NCBI GenBank assembly: GCA_036279355.1 | Contig: DASUJH010000024.1 | Span: 67,375 to 131,374 of the forward strand | Length of the DNA stretch: 64,000 nucleotides | Reading direction: 5' to 3' | Origin: Gemmatimonadales bacterium | GTDB lineage: Bacteria; Gemmatimonadota; Gemmatimonadetes; Gemmatimonadales; GWC2-71-9 | In this document: positions 43,638 through 51,822 of the stretch, piece by piece | Numbering within the stretch: the stretch's first letter is position 1 | Layout of the letters: every line of letters starts with the position of its first letter | Translations under genes and position numbers: made by a program | The notes under the pieces: model-generated | The model's database searches: none | Told to the model about the DNA's origin: nothing | What the model saw: the letters and a program-made list of their open reading frames with translations, nothing else

Positions 43638-44264
43638 TCAGTAGTGGCAGGCCGAGCAATCGCGCGACACGTTACGCTCCAAGTGGCACGTGATGCAAAA
43701 ACCCATGTTCGTGATGTTGTTGACCTTGTAGACCTGCGGCATCCGGGCGACCTCGCCGTGGCAGGTGCCGCAGGCGTCGGGACCCAGCGCCTTGATATGG
43801 CGGCTGTGGGGGAAGTGCGCGAATCGCGCGAGGTAGTGGACCCGGATCCACGGAATCGGCTGCTTCTTGGCCCACGCGTCGCGCAGCTTTTTGATCTCGA
43901 CCTTGTGACTGCTGTCGCTCCCCGCGATCACGAGATGGCATCCCATGCAGGTCTGCATCGAGGGGATGCCCGGCTCGGTGGAGACCGCCACGGTATAGTG
44001 GCAGTACTGGCACTGGATCTTGTACTGGCCGGCGTGGATGTCGTGACGGAAGAAAATGGGCTGGCGGGGTCCGAGGAGCGCGGCGGTGTCGGAAGGGCCG
44101 AGCACCGGCGCTTTCGTCGAATCGGCGACCGCCTTCGGCGCTTGGGCGCGCGACTGTCCGCTGGTGAGCGCCACGGCGCCTGCGAGGGCCGCGACGGCCG
44201 CCGCGGCGCCCACCCCCATCAGTCCGAGCTTACGCATCATCCGTTTCCGCACGAGAGAGCCCAC
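43638..44264 (-). CDS. actA: Alternative complex III subunit ActA (penta-heme cytochrome c)
   Basis: Five CxxCH motifs (CQYCH, CMGCH, CGTCH, CITCH, CSACH) after an N-terminal anchor/signal. Start is either the GTG at 44264 or the ATG at 44240. Confidence 0.85.
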   Translation of the reverse strand: MGSLVRKRMMRKLGLMGVGAAAAVAALAGAVALTSGQSRAQAPKAVADSTKAPVLGPSDTAALLGPRQPIFFRHDIHAGQYKIQCQYCHYTVAVSTEPGIPSMQTCMGCHLVIAGSDSSHKVEIKKLRDAWAKKQPIPWIRVHYLARFAHFPHSRHIKALGPDACGTCHGEVARMPQVYKVNNITNMGFCITCHLERNVSRDCSACHY

Positions 44265-44366
44265 TCAACCGCGCGCTCGCACCGTCGGAAATCCGCCGCG
44301 AGTGAACGCAACGTTGAGAAATTGTGCGCAAGAAACCTGAGACAGGCGCGCTGCAAAAGCGCGCTA

Positions 44367-44396
44367 AGTATAGTGGCGTCCGTGCGCCGATCACAA
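44367..44396 (-). promoter_or_regulatory. Candidate sigma-70 promoter for actA (TTGTGA-18-TATACT), with a TGTGA half-site
   Basis: On the minus strand, TTGTGA (44396..44391), an 18-nt spacer, then TATACT (44372..44367), ~100 nt upstream of actA. Called by pattern only. Confidence 0.3.
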
Positions 44397-44414
44397 CCCG
44401 ACGATCGGCCCGGC

Positions 44415-44900
44415 TCACTCGGCCCGTGCGCGCCGCCGCGCGGAGGGCGCCTCACCGAGCCAGACCGCCTTGCGGCGCACGAGTCCGAGGAAAGCGTCGA
44501 CGTGGCGGCGATCGGCGAACGGAATCCAGCACCACTTCACCGGGCCGGTCCGCTGCCCCTCGCGCACCGCGTCACGCACGATGGCCGTGAGCCGCGCCGC
44601 GCCGAGCACCCGGCGCTCCTCGTCGTCGGTGAGGGTGAAGGTGCCGCTCGCGCGGCTCGCGACCGGGTGCAACCAGCAGAGCTTGCGCGCCGCCACCGCG
44701 TATTCCCAGGTCCAGCCCCACGGCGAGCCCATGAAGCGCACCTGCTCGCTCACCGGTCCGAGCGCCAGCAGCCCCGCGCGCGCGTGACGAAACCGCTCGG
44801 CGACCAGGGCGGGCAGCGCGTCGTACGGCGCCGAGGGCGTCGGCTCGGGGTTCGCGAGGCGGTAGGGGTTCGCGGCCCAGTAGGCGGTCGAGCGGGCCAC
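44415..44900 (-). CDS. Conserved hypothetical protein (resembles DUF3788-type small proteins from memory)
   Basis: 161 aa with the block RFMGSPWGWTWEYAVAARKLCWLHP...GTFTLTDDE and coding-like GC3. No catalytic motif recognised. Confidence 0.5.
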   Translation of the reverse strand: MARSTAYWAANPYRLANPEPTPSAPYDALPALVAERFRHARAGLLALGPVSEQVRFMGSPWGWTWEYAVAARKLCWLHPVASRASGTFTLTDDEERRVLGAARLTAIVRDAVREGQRTGPVKWCWIPFADRRHVDAFLGLVRRKAVWLGEAPSARRRARAE

Positions 44901-44903
44901 GCG

Positions 44904-45674
44904 TCAGGACTTGGCGGCGGACGGCGGACGACCCATCGGCACTCCCATGCGGGTGAGATAGCGCACGACTTCGATGCCCATCGCGCGGACCAGCGATGCC
45001 TCGCGGCCGTCGAGCCCGGCGCGGAAGATGATTTCGCGCCACGAACGCAATACGTGCTCGGCCCGGCGCGTCTTGAAGAAGTCGATCGCGGCAAGCGCGC
45101 GGACCCAGTCGGCGAAGAGCGTCTCCAGCTCGTCGGACGTAGCCGGCGGCGCGTCCTTGCGCGGCGGCTTGAACGCCGCTTCATCACCGCCCCGGGCGAC
45201 CCATGTCTCGTACGCCATGATCGCCACCGCCTGCGCCAGGTTGAGCGACGGGTGCGCCGGGTCCGTCGCGATGGTCACCAGCGCCTGGCAGTGGTCGAGC
45301 TCTTCGTTGGTGAGCCCCTTATCCTCCCGCCCGGCCACGATCGCGACGGGGCCGTCCGCCGCGTGCGCCACGACCTGGGCCGCTGCCCCGCGGGGGCGGA
45401 GCGTGGTGCGCTTCGCGGTGCGCTCGCGTCCGGTGAGCACCGCGGCGTAAATCGTGTCGTGCAGCGCCGCGGGGAGCGAGTCGTAGACGGACATCCGCGC
45501 GACCAGATCCGCCGTGTTGTGCGCGATGCCCTCGATTCGCCACGGGTCCAGCTCGACCTCGGGGTTCACCACGCGCAGAGCCGCGATCCCGAAGTTCTTG
45601 GCGATCCGCGCCGCGCTCGCGACGTTTACGATGTCCTGGGGCGCCACCAGCACCAGGATCGGCGCGCGGCCCAT
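44904..45674 (-). CDS. SpoU/TrmH-class RNA 2'-O-methyltransferase (TrmJ-like)
   Basis: ILVLVAPQDIVNVASAARIAKNFG...IVAGREDKGLTNEELDHCQALVTI...SLNLAQAVAIMAYE (SPOUT motifs) plus a C-terminal extension as in TrmJ. Confidence 0.8.
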   Translation of the reverse strand: MGRAPILVLVAPQDIVNVASAARIAKNFGIAALRVVNPEVELDPWRIEGIAHNTADLVARMSVYDSLPAALHDTIYAAVLTGRERTAKRTTLRPRGAAAQVVAHAADGPVAIVAGREDKGLTNEELDHCQALVTIATDPAHPSLNLAQAVAIMAYETWVARGGDEAAFKPPRKDAPPATSDELETLFADWVRALAAIDFFKTRRAEHVLRSWREIIFRAGLDGREASLVRAMGIEVVRYLTRMGVPMGRPPSAAKS

Positions 45675-45683
45675 CGCGGGCCG

Positions 45684-47123
45684 CTAGGCCTCGGCGAGGA
45701 AGGACACGTCGTGCCGCTTGGCCTTGAGTGCCGCAGCGAACCCCACCTTCTCGGCCGCCTTCATGTACGCCTCCTTGGGCTCGACCTGGCCGGCGTCGAC
45801 CAGCTCGAGGAGGGCGTCGTTGAGCGGCACCATGCCCAGCCTGCGGTTGGTCTGCATGATGGACGCGATCTGGAAGGTCTTGCCTTCCCGGATCAGGTTC
45901 GAGATCGCCGGGATCGTGAGCAGCACCTCGCGAGCGGCCGCACGGCCGCCCCCGACCTTGCGGCAGAGCACCTGGGTGATGACGCCGCGCAGCGACTCGG
46001 CCAGCATGACCCGGATCTGCGCCTGGCGATCGGCGGGAAACTGGTCGATGATGCGATCGATCGTCGACGCCGCGGAGGTGGTGTGCAATGTGCCGAAGAC
46101 GAGGTGCCCCGTCTCCGCCGTTTCGATGGCGATGGAGACGGTCTCGAGGTCGCGCATCTCGCCCACCATCACGACGTCCGGATCCTCGCGCAGTGCGGCG
46201 CGGAGCGCCTGCTTGAACGAGCGGGTGTGCTGGCCGACCTGACGCTGAGTCACGAGGCACCGCTTGCTCCCGTGCACGAACTCGATGGGGTCCTCGATCG
46301 TGATGATGTGGTCGCCGCGGGTGCGATTCACCAGGTCGATCAGAGCGGCGAGCGTGGTGGACTTGCCGGAGCCGGTCGGTCCGGTGACGAGCACGAGCCC
46401 CTTGCTCAGATAGCAGAGGTTCTGCACTTCCCGACTCAGACCGAGCTCGTCGGCCGTCGGCACCTGGCTCCCAATGGTGCGGAACACGCCGAGCGGGCCG
46501 TGGCGATCCCGCCCCGCGTTGCAGCGGAACCGGCCGACCCCGTCGATCTCGTACGCCCAGTCGGTGTCGCCCGTCTCGCGAAATTCCGCCAGCTCTCGCG
46601 GGCCCATGATGCTCGCGAGCATGACCTCGAGGCGCTCGGCGGCCAGAGGCTCGGTGCCGTGCCGCTCCAGCTCGCCGCCGCGCCGGAGCATCGGCGGCTC
46701 ACCACTCCGGAGGTGGAGGTCCGATGCACCCGCCGCGGCCAGCTCCCGAAGCAAGCGTTCGATGGCATCGCGCGCCTCGCGCTGGTCCGCCGGCGGCGCG
46801 GCGGCCGGCGCGGCGGCGCCATTGCCGACCGGCCGGAGCCGCGCGCCCGCGCCAGGGCCGCCCACCGGCAGCTCGACCTGGACGGCGCCGGCCGGGGCCC
46901 GATATTCGAATCGAACCGGCGCGCTCGCCGCTGCGCCGCTCACCGCGCCCGCGGGGGCGATCTCCCGCACCAGCGCCGCGATCTGCGTATCGCTCAGCGA
47001 CTCCTTCGTGAGCGGGCGTGCCGCGCCATCCCGCACCAGCGCCGCGGGTTTTCCGGCCGCGAGCTCGAGCGCGTCGGCGCGCTGCTCGTGGAGCGCCTGG
47101 ATCAATCGGTCGAGTCGAGCCAC
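45684..47123 (-). CDS. pilT: PilT-family type IV pilus retraction ATPase with extra N-terminal domain
   Basis: Walker A GLVLVTGPTGSGKSTTL, Asp box and Walker B (ITIEDPIEF, VMVGEMRD), and His box GHLVFGTLHT. 479 aa, against ~345-370 for typical PilT. Confidence 0.85.
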   Translation of the reverse strand: MARLDRLIQALHEQRADALELAAGKPAALVRDGAARPLTKESLSDTQIAALVREIAPAGAVSGAAASAPVRFEYRAPAGAVQVELPVGGPGAGARLRPVGNGAAAPAAAPPADQREARDAIERLLRELAAAGASDLHLRSGEPPMLRRGGELERHGTEPLAAERLEVMLASIMGPRELAEFRETGDTDWAYEIDGVGRFRCNAGRDRHGPLGVFRTIGSQVPTADELGLSREVQNLCYLSKGLVLVTGPTGSGKSTTLAALIDLVNRTRGDHIITIEDPIEFVHGSKRCLVTQRQVGQHTRSFKQALRAALREDPDVVMVGEMRDLETVSIAIETAETGHLVFGTLHTTSAASTIDRIIDQFPADRQAQIRVMLAESLRGVITQVLCRKVGGGRAAAREVLLTIPAISNLIREGKTFQIASIMQTNRRLGMVPLNDALLELVDAGQVEPKEAYMKAAEKVGFAAALKAKRHDVSFLAEA

Positions 47124-47132
47124 GGCTCCTCG

Positions 47133-47666
47133 TCAGTCATGGGGGCGGACCGTCCGCACCAGGGCCTTGTTGATGTAGTGGGTCACGTCGTCGGTCCAGA
47201 GCGCGAAGAATGGGTCGGGACCGTTGACGTAGTCGAGCGCGCGGGCGCGCGATGGCGGCAGCTCGAGCGCCGCGCGCCCGCGCAGTTCGGTGCCGCCCAC
47301 CACGACGACCTCGAGCGCCACGAGCTTGGCAGCCGAGAAGCGTTCGGGGTCGGTTGGTGGTGCGTGATGGTGACAGGAAAGCACGGCGGCCTGCGACTTG
47401 GGCACGAACAATACGCCGCCGTCAGCCTGGGTCAGAGCGAAAAAGGCCTCAGGCCGGTTGAGCATTTCGAGCGGCGTTTCGGGGCCCGGCGGATACGCGT
47501 CGCGCGACAGCAGGTGCAGACTGCCTTCGACCCTGACTCCCTCAGCCAGCATGACCTCGGCCGATTCCTGGCGGATGGATCCCCAGGCATCGGTCATGAT
47601 GTGAATTGGGGCACTGGGCTCAGCATAGGTAAAGGGAAACTCGCCAGCGCCCCCCGATCCCGGCAA
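47133..47666 (-). CDS. Hypothetical protein built from two copies of a ~60-aa repeat
   Basis: Internal duplication visible by eye: ...LEMLNRPEAFFALTQADGGVLFVPKSQAAV... versus ...LDYVNGPDPFFALWTDDVTHYINKALVRTV... Stop lies 10 nt before the pilT start. Start is either the TTG at 47666 or the ATG at 47597. Confidence 0.5.
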   Translation of the reverse strand: MPGSGGAGEFPFTYAEPSAPIHIMTDAWGSIRQESAEVMLAEGVRVEGSLHLLSRDAYPPGPETPLEMLNRPEAFFALTQADGGVLFVPKSQAAVLSCHHHAPPTDPERFSAAKLVALEVVVVGGTELRGRAALELPPSRARALDYVNGPDPFFALWTDDVTHYINKALVRTVRPHD

Positions 47667-47678
47667 GGCCTCGCGGCC

Positions 47679-48566
47679 TCACCCGCGGATCTCGGTGCCG
47701 GCGTCGCGCTCGACGAGCTTGATCGCCTCGAGATAGTCGGCGCCCTCTCCCAGCTCAGCCCGCGCCTCGGCAAAGAGCCGGCCTGCGAGGCGGATGAGCG
47801 GCCCGCGCACGCCGGTCTCGTCGAGCAGCCCAAGCGCGATGCGCACGTCCTTCTCGAGCAGTGCGAGTCGGAAGGTCTGCGGCCAGGCGCCGGTGAGCAC
47901 GCGGTCGGGCACGAGCGATTCGCTCACGAACGAGCGGCCGCTTGATGCATTGAGCACCGCGAGCGCGTGGCGGGCGGGCACGCCCGCCTTGACCAGCGCG
48001 ACAAAGCCTTCGGCGAACGCCTCGATGTGCACCGCGAGGAGGGCGTTATTCACCGCCTTCACCGCATCTCCCGCGCCCACCGGGCCCATGTGCTCGATGC
48101 GCTGGCCGAACGCGGCGAGCACCGGCATGGCGCGCGCAAACGTCGCCTCATCCGCGCCGACCATGACGGTGAGGGTGCCGGCCTCGGCGCCATTGGTGCC
48201 GCCGCTCACCGGGCAGTCGGCGTAGGCAACGCCGCGTGCGTGGAGACGTGCGGCAATCCGGCGCGCGCCAGCGGGATCGCCCGAGGTGCAATCGAGGAAG
48301 AGCGTGCCGCGCGCGAGACCGGCCTCGAGCCCCTCCGGCCCGTCGAGCAGCGATTCGACCTCGGCCGAGGTCGGCAGGCAGGCGAGCACCGTGCCGGCAC
48401 CAGCGGCGGCCGCGCGGGGGGTGGCAGCCGCGCGGCATCCGTGCGCACGAGCGAAAGCCTCCGCGCGCGCCGCGGTGCGATTCCACACGACGAGGTCGCC
48501 GCGGCGTGCCAGGTGCGCCGCCATCGGCGCGCCGATGGCGCCGAGGCCGAGAAAAGCGACGCTCAT
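47679..48566 (-). CDS. NAD(P)-dependent oxidoreductase, 3-hydroxyisobutyrate/6-phosphogluconate dehydrogenase-like
   Basis: MSVAFLGLGAIGAPMAAHLAR Rossmann N-terminus, then DCPVSGG..GA..GTL and GAGDAVKAVNN. True ATG at 48566; the track ORF to 49148 is an extension. Confidence 0.85.
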   Translation of the reverse strand: MSVAFLGLGAIGAPMAAHLARRGDLVVWNRTAARAEAFARAHGCRAAATPRAAAAGAGTVLACLPTSAEVESLLDGPEGLEAGLARGTLFLDCTSGDPAGARRIAARLHARGVAYADCPVSGGTNGAEAGTLTVMVGADEATFARAMPVLAAFGQRIEHMGPVGAGDAVKAVNNALLAVHIEAFAEGFVALVKAGVPARHALAVLNASSGRSFVSESLVPDRVLTGAWPQTFRLALLEKDVRIALGLLDETGVRGPLIRLAGRLFAEARAELGEGADYLEAIKLVERDAGTEIRG

Positions 48567-48755
48567 GCGGCGCCGCGAGTGATGCGAGGCTGGAGCATCG
48601 CGGGAAGATAGAAATGGCCTGTGGGGTCGTCCATGGCCGGATCGCGCATCGGATTGACGGCGCTCGCGGCCCGGCGTACGCTCCGGCGCGGCCGTGTGGC
48701 GCAGCCGCGCCGCGGCGCCGCACGATGTTCTCGCCCCATTTCGTCGGAGGTGCCG

Positions 48756-49538
48756 ATGACTCGCCGGTTCTCGTGGTCGCGGGTGGTGCTCGCGGCACTG
48801 GGCGCGTGCCTCGTCCTCTTCATCGTGGGCCCGCTGCTCCGACTCCTCCTCGTGGCCTCGCCCGCGAGCTTGAGCACCGCGCTCGCCGATCCCGATCTGC
48901 GCGCTTCCATCGCCCTCACGGTGGTCACGGCCACCGCAGCCACCGCCGTCGCGACATTCCTGGGGGTGCCGCTCGCGTATCTGCTCGCGCGCCGCGACTT
49001 TCCGGGACGCCGCGCCGTGCAGGGCCTCATCGAGCTGCCCGTGGTCGTGCCCCACCCCGTCGCGGGGATCGCGCTCCTGCTGTTTCTCGGGCGGCGCTCG
49101 GCCCTGGGCGGCGCATTCGCGCAGATCGGGATCGAGTTCGTGAGCCACGTGCCCGGCATCGTGGCCGCCATGCTCTTCGTCTCCGCGCCGCTGCTCGTGA
49201 GCGGCGCGCAGGAGGCGTTTCGCTCGGTGGACCCCAAGCTCGAGCGGGTGGCCCGGTCGCTCGGCGACACGCCGGCGCGCGCCTTTCGCCGCGTGACACT
49301 GCCGCTCGCCGCGCGCGGCATTCTGGCCGGCGCCATTCTCGCCTGGGCCCGGAGTGCGAGCGAGTTCGGCGCCATCGTGATCCTCACTTACAATCCGAAG
49401 GTGGCGAGCACGTTCATCTTCGACACCTTCACCGCCCTCGGGCTCGAGGCGGCGGCGCCGGCCGCGGTCGTGCTGCTGCTCATCGCGCTGGGCATTTTCT
49501 TGCTCATTCGCCTGGTGCAGCCGATGGAGCGCGCGTGA
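48756..49538 (+). CDS. ABC transporter permease (molybdate/tungstate/sulfate-type)
   Basis: Six TM segments and the EAA-like loop VDPKLERVARSLGDTPARAFRRVTLPLA. ATG at 48756, in frame inside track ORF 48621..49538. Confidence 0.8.
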   Translation: MTRRFSWSRVVLAALGACLVLFIVGPLLRLLLVASPASLSTALADPDLRASIALTVVTATAATAVATFLGVPLAYLLARRDFPGRRAVQGLIELPVVVPHPVAGIALLLFLGRRSALGGAFAQIGIEFVSHVPGIVAAMLFVSAPLLVSGAQEAFRSVDPKLERVARSLGDTPARAFRRVTLPLAARGILAGAILAWARSASEFGAIVILTYNPKVASTFIFDTFTALGLEAAAPAAVVLLLIALGIFLLIRLVQPMERA

Positions 49539-50581
49539 TCCAGCTCGACGGACTCACGGTGCGGGCCGGCGACTTCCTGCTTGGCGAAGTGTCGTTCGCC
49601 GTACCGCGCGGCGGGTACGGGCTCATCATCGGGCCCACGGGCTCGGGCAAGACCACGCTGCTCGAGGCGGTGGCGGGCCACGTGCCGCTCAAGTCGGGCC
49701 GCGTCCTCCTCAACGGCATGGACGTGACGGGCCTGCCGCCCGAGCGTCGCGAGCTGGGATTCGTATACCAGCAGTATCACCTGTTTCCCCATCTCACGGT
49801 ACGGGAGAACATCTGTTACGGGCTCCGGGGCCCGACGCGCGGGGATCGCGCCGGCGAGCTGGCGGAGTTGCTGGGCGTGACACCGTTGCTTAACCGGACG
49901 GTGCGCGGCCTGAGCGGCGGCGAGCAACAGCGGGTGGCCCTCGGTCGAGCGCTCGCTCCGCGACCGCGCATCCTCCTGCTGGACGAGCCGTTCGCCGCGG
50001 TGGACCCGGCGACCCGCCATCTGCTCCGCCGCGAGCTGCGCGCGCTGCACGAACGCGAGGGGATCACCACCCTGCAGGTGACCCACGACTTCGACGAAGC
50101 CATGCGCCTGGGCGACATCGTGGCCGTGCTCTCGGAGGGGCGGATCGCGCAGCACGGACCGCCCGAGGAAGTCTTCCGCTATCCCAATTCGGCCTTCGTG
50201 GCGCGATTTGTCGGCACCGGCAACGTGCTGGCGGGCACCGTGGAACGCTGCGATGCCTCGGGCGGCAGTCCGTTCGCGGCGCGGTTCACGAGTGGCGCGC
50301 TCACGCTCGAGGTTGTGGCCGAGCGCGAGGGACTGGCCCATGCGGTCATCCGGCCGGAGGACATCACGCTGAGCCGGGACGAGGCACCGAGCTCGGCGCG
50401 CAACCGCATGGCGGCGACCATAGCCCACCTCGAGTTGCTGGGGCCGATCATCCACGTGCACCTCGACGTCGGCCGCCCGCTCATCGCGGCAGTCACCGCG
50501 GCGTCGGCCGGCGCGATGGGGCTGCATCGCGGCGCGCGCGTGATGGTGGCGGTCAAGGCGACGGCCGTTCGTCTGGTCTAG
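49535..50581 (+). CDS. ABC transporter ATP-binding protein with C-terminal TOBE/Mop-like domain
   Basis: Walker A GPTGSGKTT, signature LSGGEQQRVALGRAL, Walker B ILLLDEP. The C-terminal ~110 aa form a beta-rich TOBE-like domain. The GTG at 49535 overlaps the permease stop (GTGA). Confidence 0.88.
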   Translation: MIQLDGLTVRAGDFLLGEVSFAVPRGGYGLIIGPTGSGKTTLLEAVAGHVPLKSGRVLLNGMDVTGLPPERRELGFVYQQYHLFPHLTVRENICYGLRGPTRGDRAGELAELLGVTPLLNRTVRGLSGGEQQRVALGRALAPRPRILLLDEPFAAVDPATRHLLRRELRALHEREGITTLQVTHDFDEAMRLGDIVAVLSEGRIAQHGPPEEVFRYPNSAFVARFVGTGNVLAGTVERCDASGGSPFAARFTSGALTLEVVAEREGLAHAVIRPEDITLSRDEAPSSARNRMAATIAHLELLGPIIHVHLDVGRPLIAAVTAASAGAMGLHRGARVMVAVKATAVRLV

Positions 50582-50593
50582 GGTCTCGACGGA

Positions 50594-51787
50594 ATGCCCC
50601 CCCGCATCATCCATCTCGACCTCGACGCATTCTTCGTGGAAGTGTGCCGACAGCGCGACCCGGCACTCCGCGACGTCGAGCTGCTCATCGTGGGCGGCAG
50701 CCGGCATACGCGAGGCGTCGTGCAGTCGGCGTCATATGGGGCCCGGCGGTTCGGCGTGCACGCCGGGATGCCGATCGCCGAGGCGCGGCGGAGGTGCCCG
50801 GGCGCCACGTTCGCACACGGCGGGTTCGCCCACTACCGCGAGGCCTCGCGCGCCGTTCGGCGGGTGCTGGATGGCTTCTCGCCCACCGTGGTGATGGCAT
50901 CGCTCGACGAAGCGTACCTCGACTTTGCGGGCACCGAGCAGCTGCACCCCGTCTCGCTGCTCCCGCTGGGCGAAGCGCTCCGCGACGCCGTGAGGCGCGA
51001 GACCGGGCTCGAGTGCAGCATGGGAATCGCACCCAACCGGATGGTCGCCAAGCTGGCGTCAGATTGCGCCAAGCCCCGCGGCTTGATGGAGGTGCGCGCC
51101 GGATGGGAGGAGGGGTTTCTCGCGGGGCTACCGCTCCGGGCGCTGCCGGGTGTCGGACCCCGAACGGCGGAGCGGTGGGCGGCGCTCGGTCTCACCAACG
51201 TGGCCCAGGTGCAGCAGATGGACCGCGCCGGGCTCGAGCGGATCGTGGGCCCGGACGCAAAGCTGCTCAAGCTTCGGGCGCACGGCTACGGCGGCAGCGC
51301 GCTCCGGGCGGACCGCCTGCCACGCTCGGTGAGCCGCGAAACGACGCTGGCGCGCGATGCGCGTGATCCGGCGGAGCTCGCGTCGATTCTCGCGTTGCTC
51401 ACCGCGCGCGTGGCGGGACAACTTCGTGAGGAGCATCTCGTCGCGCGCACCGTGGCGCTCAAGCTCCGGCACGATGACTTCCGCACGGTCACGCGCCGAG
51501 TCACGCTGGACCATGCTACCGATCTTGACGCCGAACTGTACGGTGGGGCGGCCGCACTGCTTCGGGGCGCCTTTGCCGAGGTCCGGCGCCGCAATCGGGG
51601 CGTACGGCTCATCGGCATCGCGGCGACCGGCCTTGCGACGGCAGCGGACCGCGACCTGTTCGAGCCGCCGGAGCGCGCCAGGCTGCGCCAGTTGACGCGC
51701 GCGGTGGACGTCGTTCGCGAGCGGTTCGGGTTCGAAGCGATGATGCAGGCGCGGTTGCTTCGTTACAGGCGAGGTTCGGCGCCGTAG
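50594..51787 (+). CDS. dinB: DNA polymerase IV (Y-family)
   Basis: IIHLDLDAFFVEV...ASYGARRFGVHAGMP...SLDEAYLD...GIAPNRMVAKLASD; 397 aa. Confidence 0.9.
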   Translation: MPPRIIHLDLDAFFVEVCRQRDPALRDVELLIVGGSRHTRGVVQSASYGARRFGVHAGMPIAEARRRCPGATFAHGGFAHYREASRAVRRVLDGFSPTVVMASLDEAYLDFAGTEQLHPVSLLPLGEALRDAVRRETGLECSMGIAPNRMVAKLASDCAKPRGLMEVRAGWEEGFLAGLPLRALPGVGPRTAERWAALGLTNVAQVQQMDRAGLERIVGPDAKLLKLRAHGYGGSALRADRLPRSVSRETTLARDARDPAELASILALLTARVAGQLREEHLVARTVALKLRHDDFRTVTRRVTLDHATDLDAELYGGAAALLRGAFAEVRRRNRGVRLIGIAATGLATAADRDLFEPPERARLRQLTRAVDVVRERFGFEAMMQARLLRYRRGSAP

Positions 51788-51822
51788 CGCCGCGCGGCCG
51801 GCACGACCGCCACCTCCAGAGA

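Noticed and set aside
43626-47945. The longest ORF in the track (1439 aa, plus strand).
   Set aside because: It runs antisense across six well-supported minus-strand genes: actA, the DUF-like gene, the TrmJ-like gene, pilT, the repeat protein and the dehydrogenase. Its composition is dominated by R/A/G/H/P/D with no recognisable domain. This is the classic stop-codon-poor shadow frame of high-GC DNA.
48567-48755. Possible Moco riboswitch in front of the molybdate-type ABC genes.
   Set aside because: I could not identify the conserved Moco-motif core by eye; only generic GC-rich self-complementarity is present. It is left as a check in the findings and is not called as a feature.
48236-50581. 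781-aa plus-strand ORF that appears to be one large protein.
   Set aside because: Only the last 348 aa (from the GTG at 49535) form a coherent ABC ATPase. The upstream part is an Arg/Pro-rich read-through that overlaps the dehydrogenase antisense strand and lies out of frame with the permease.
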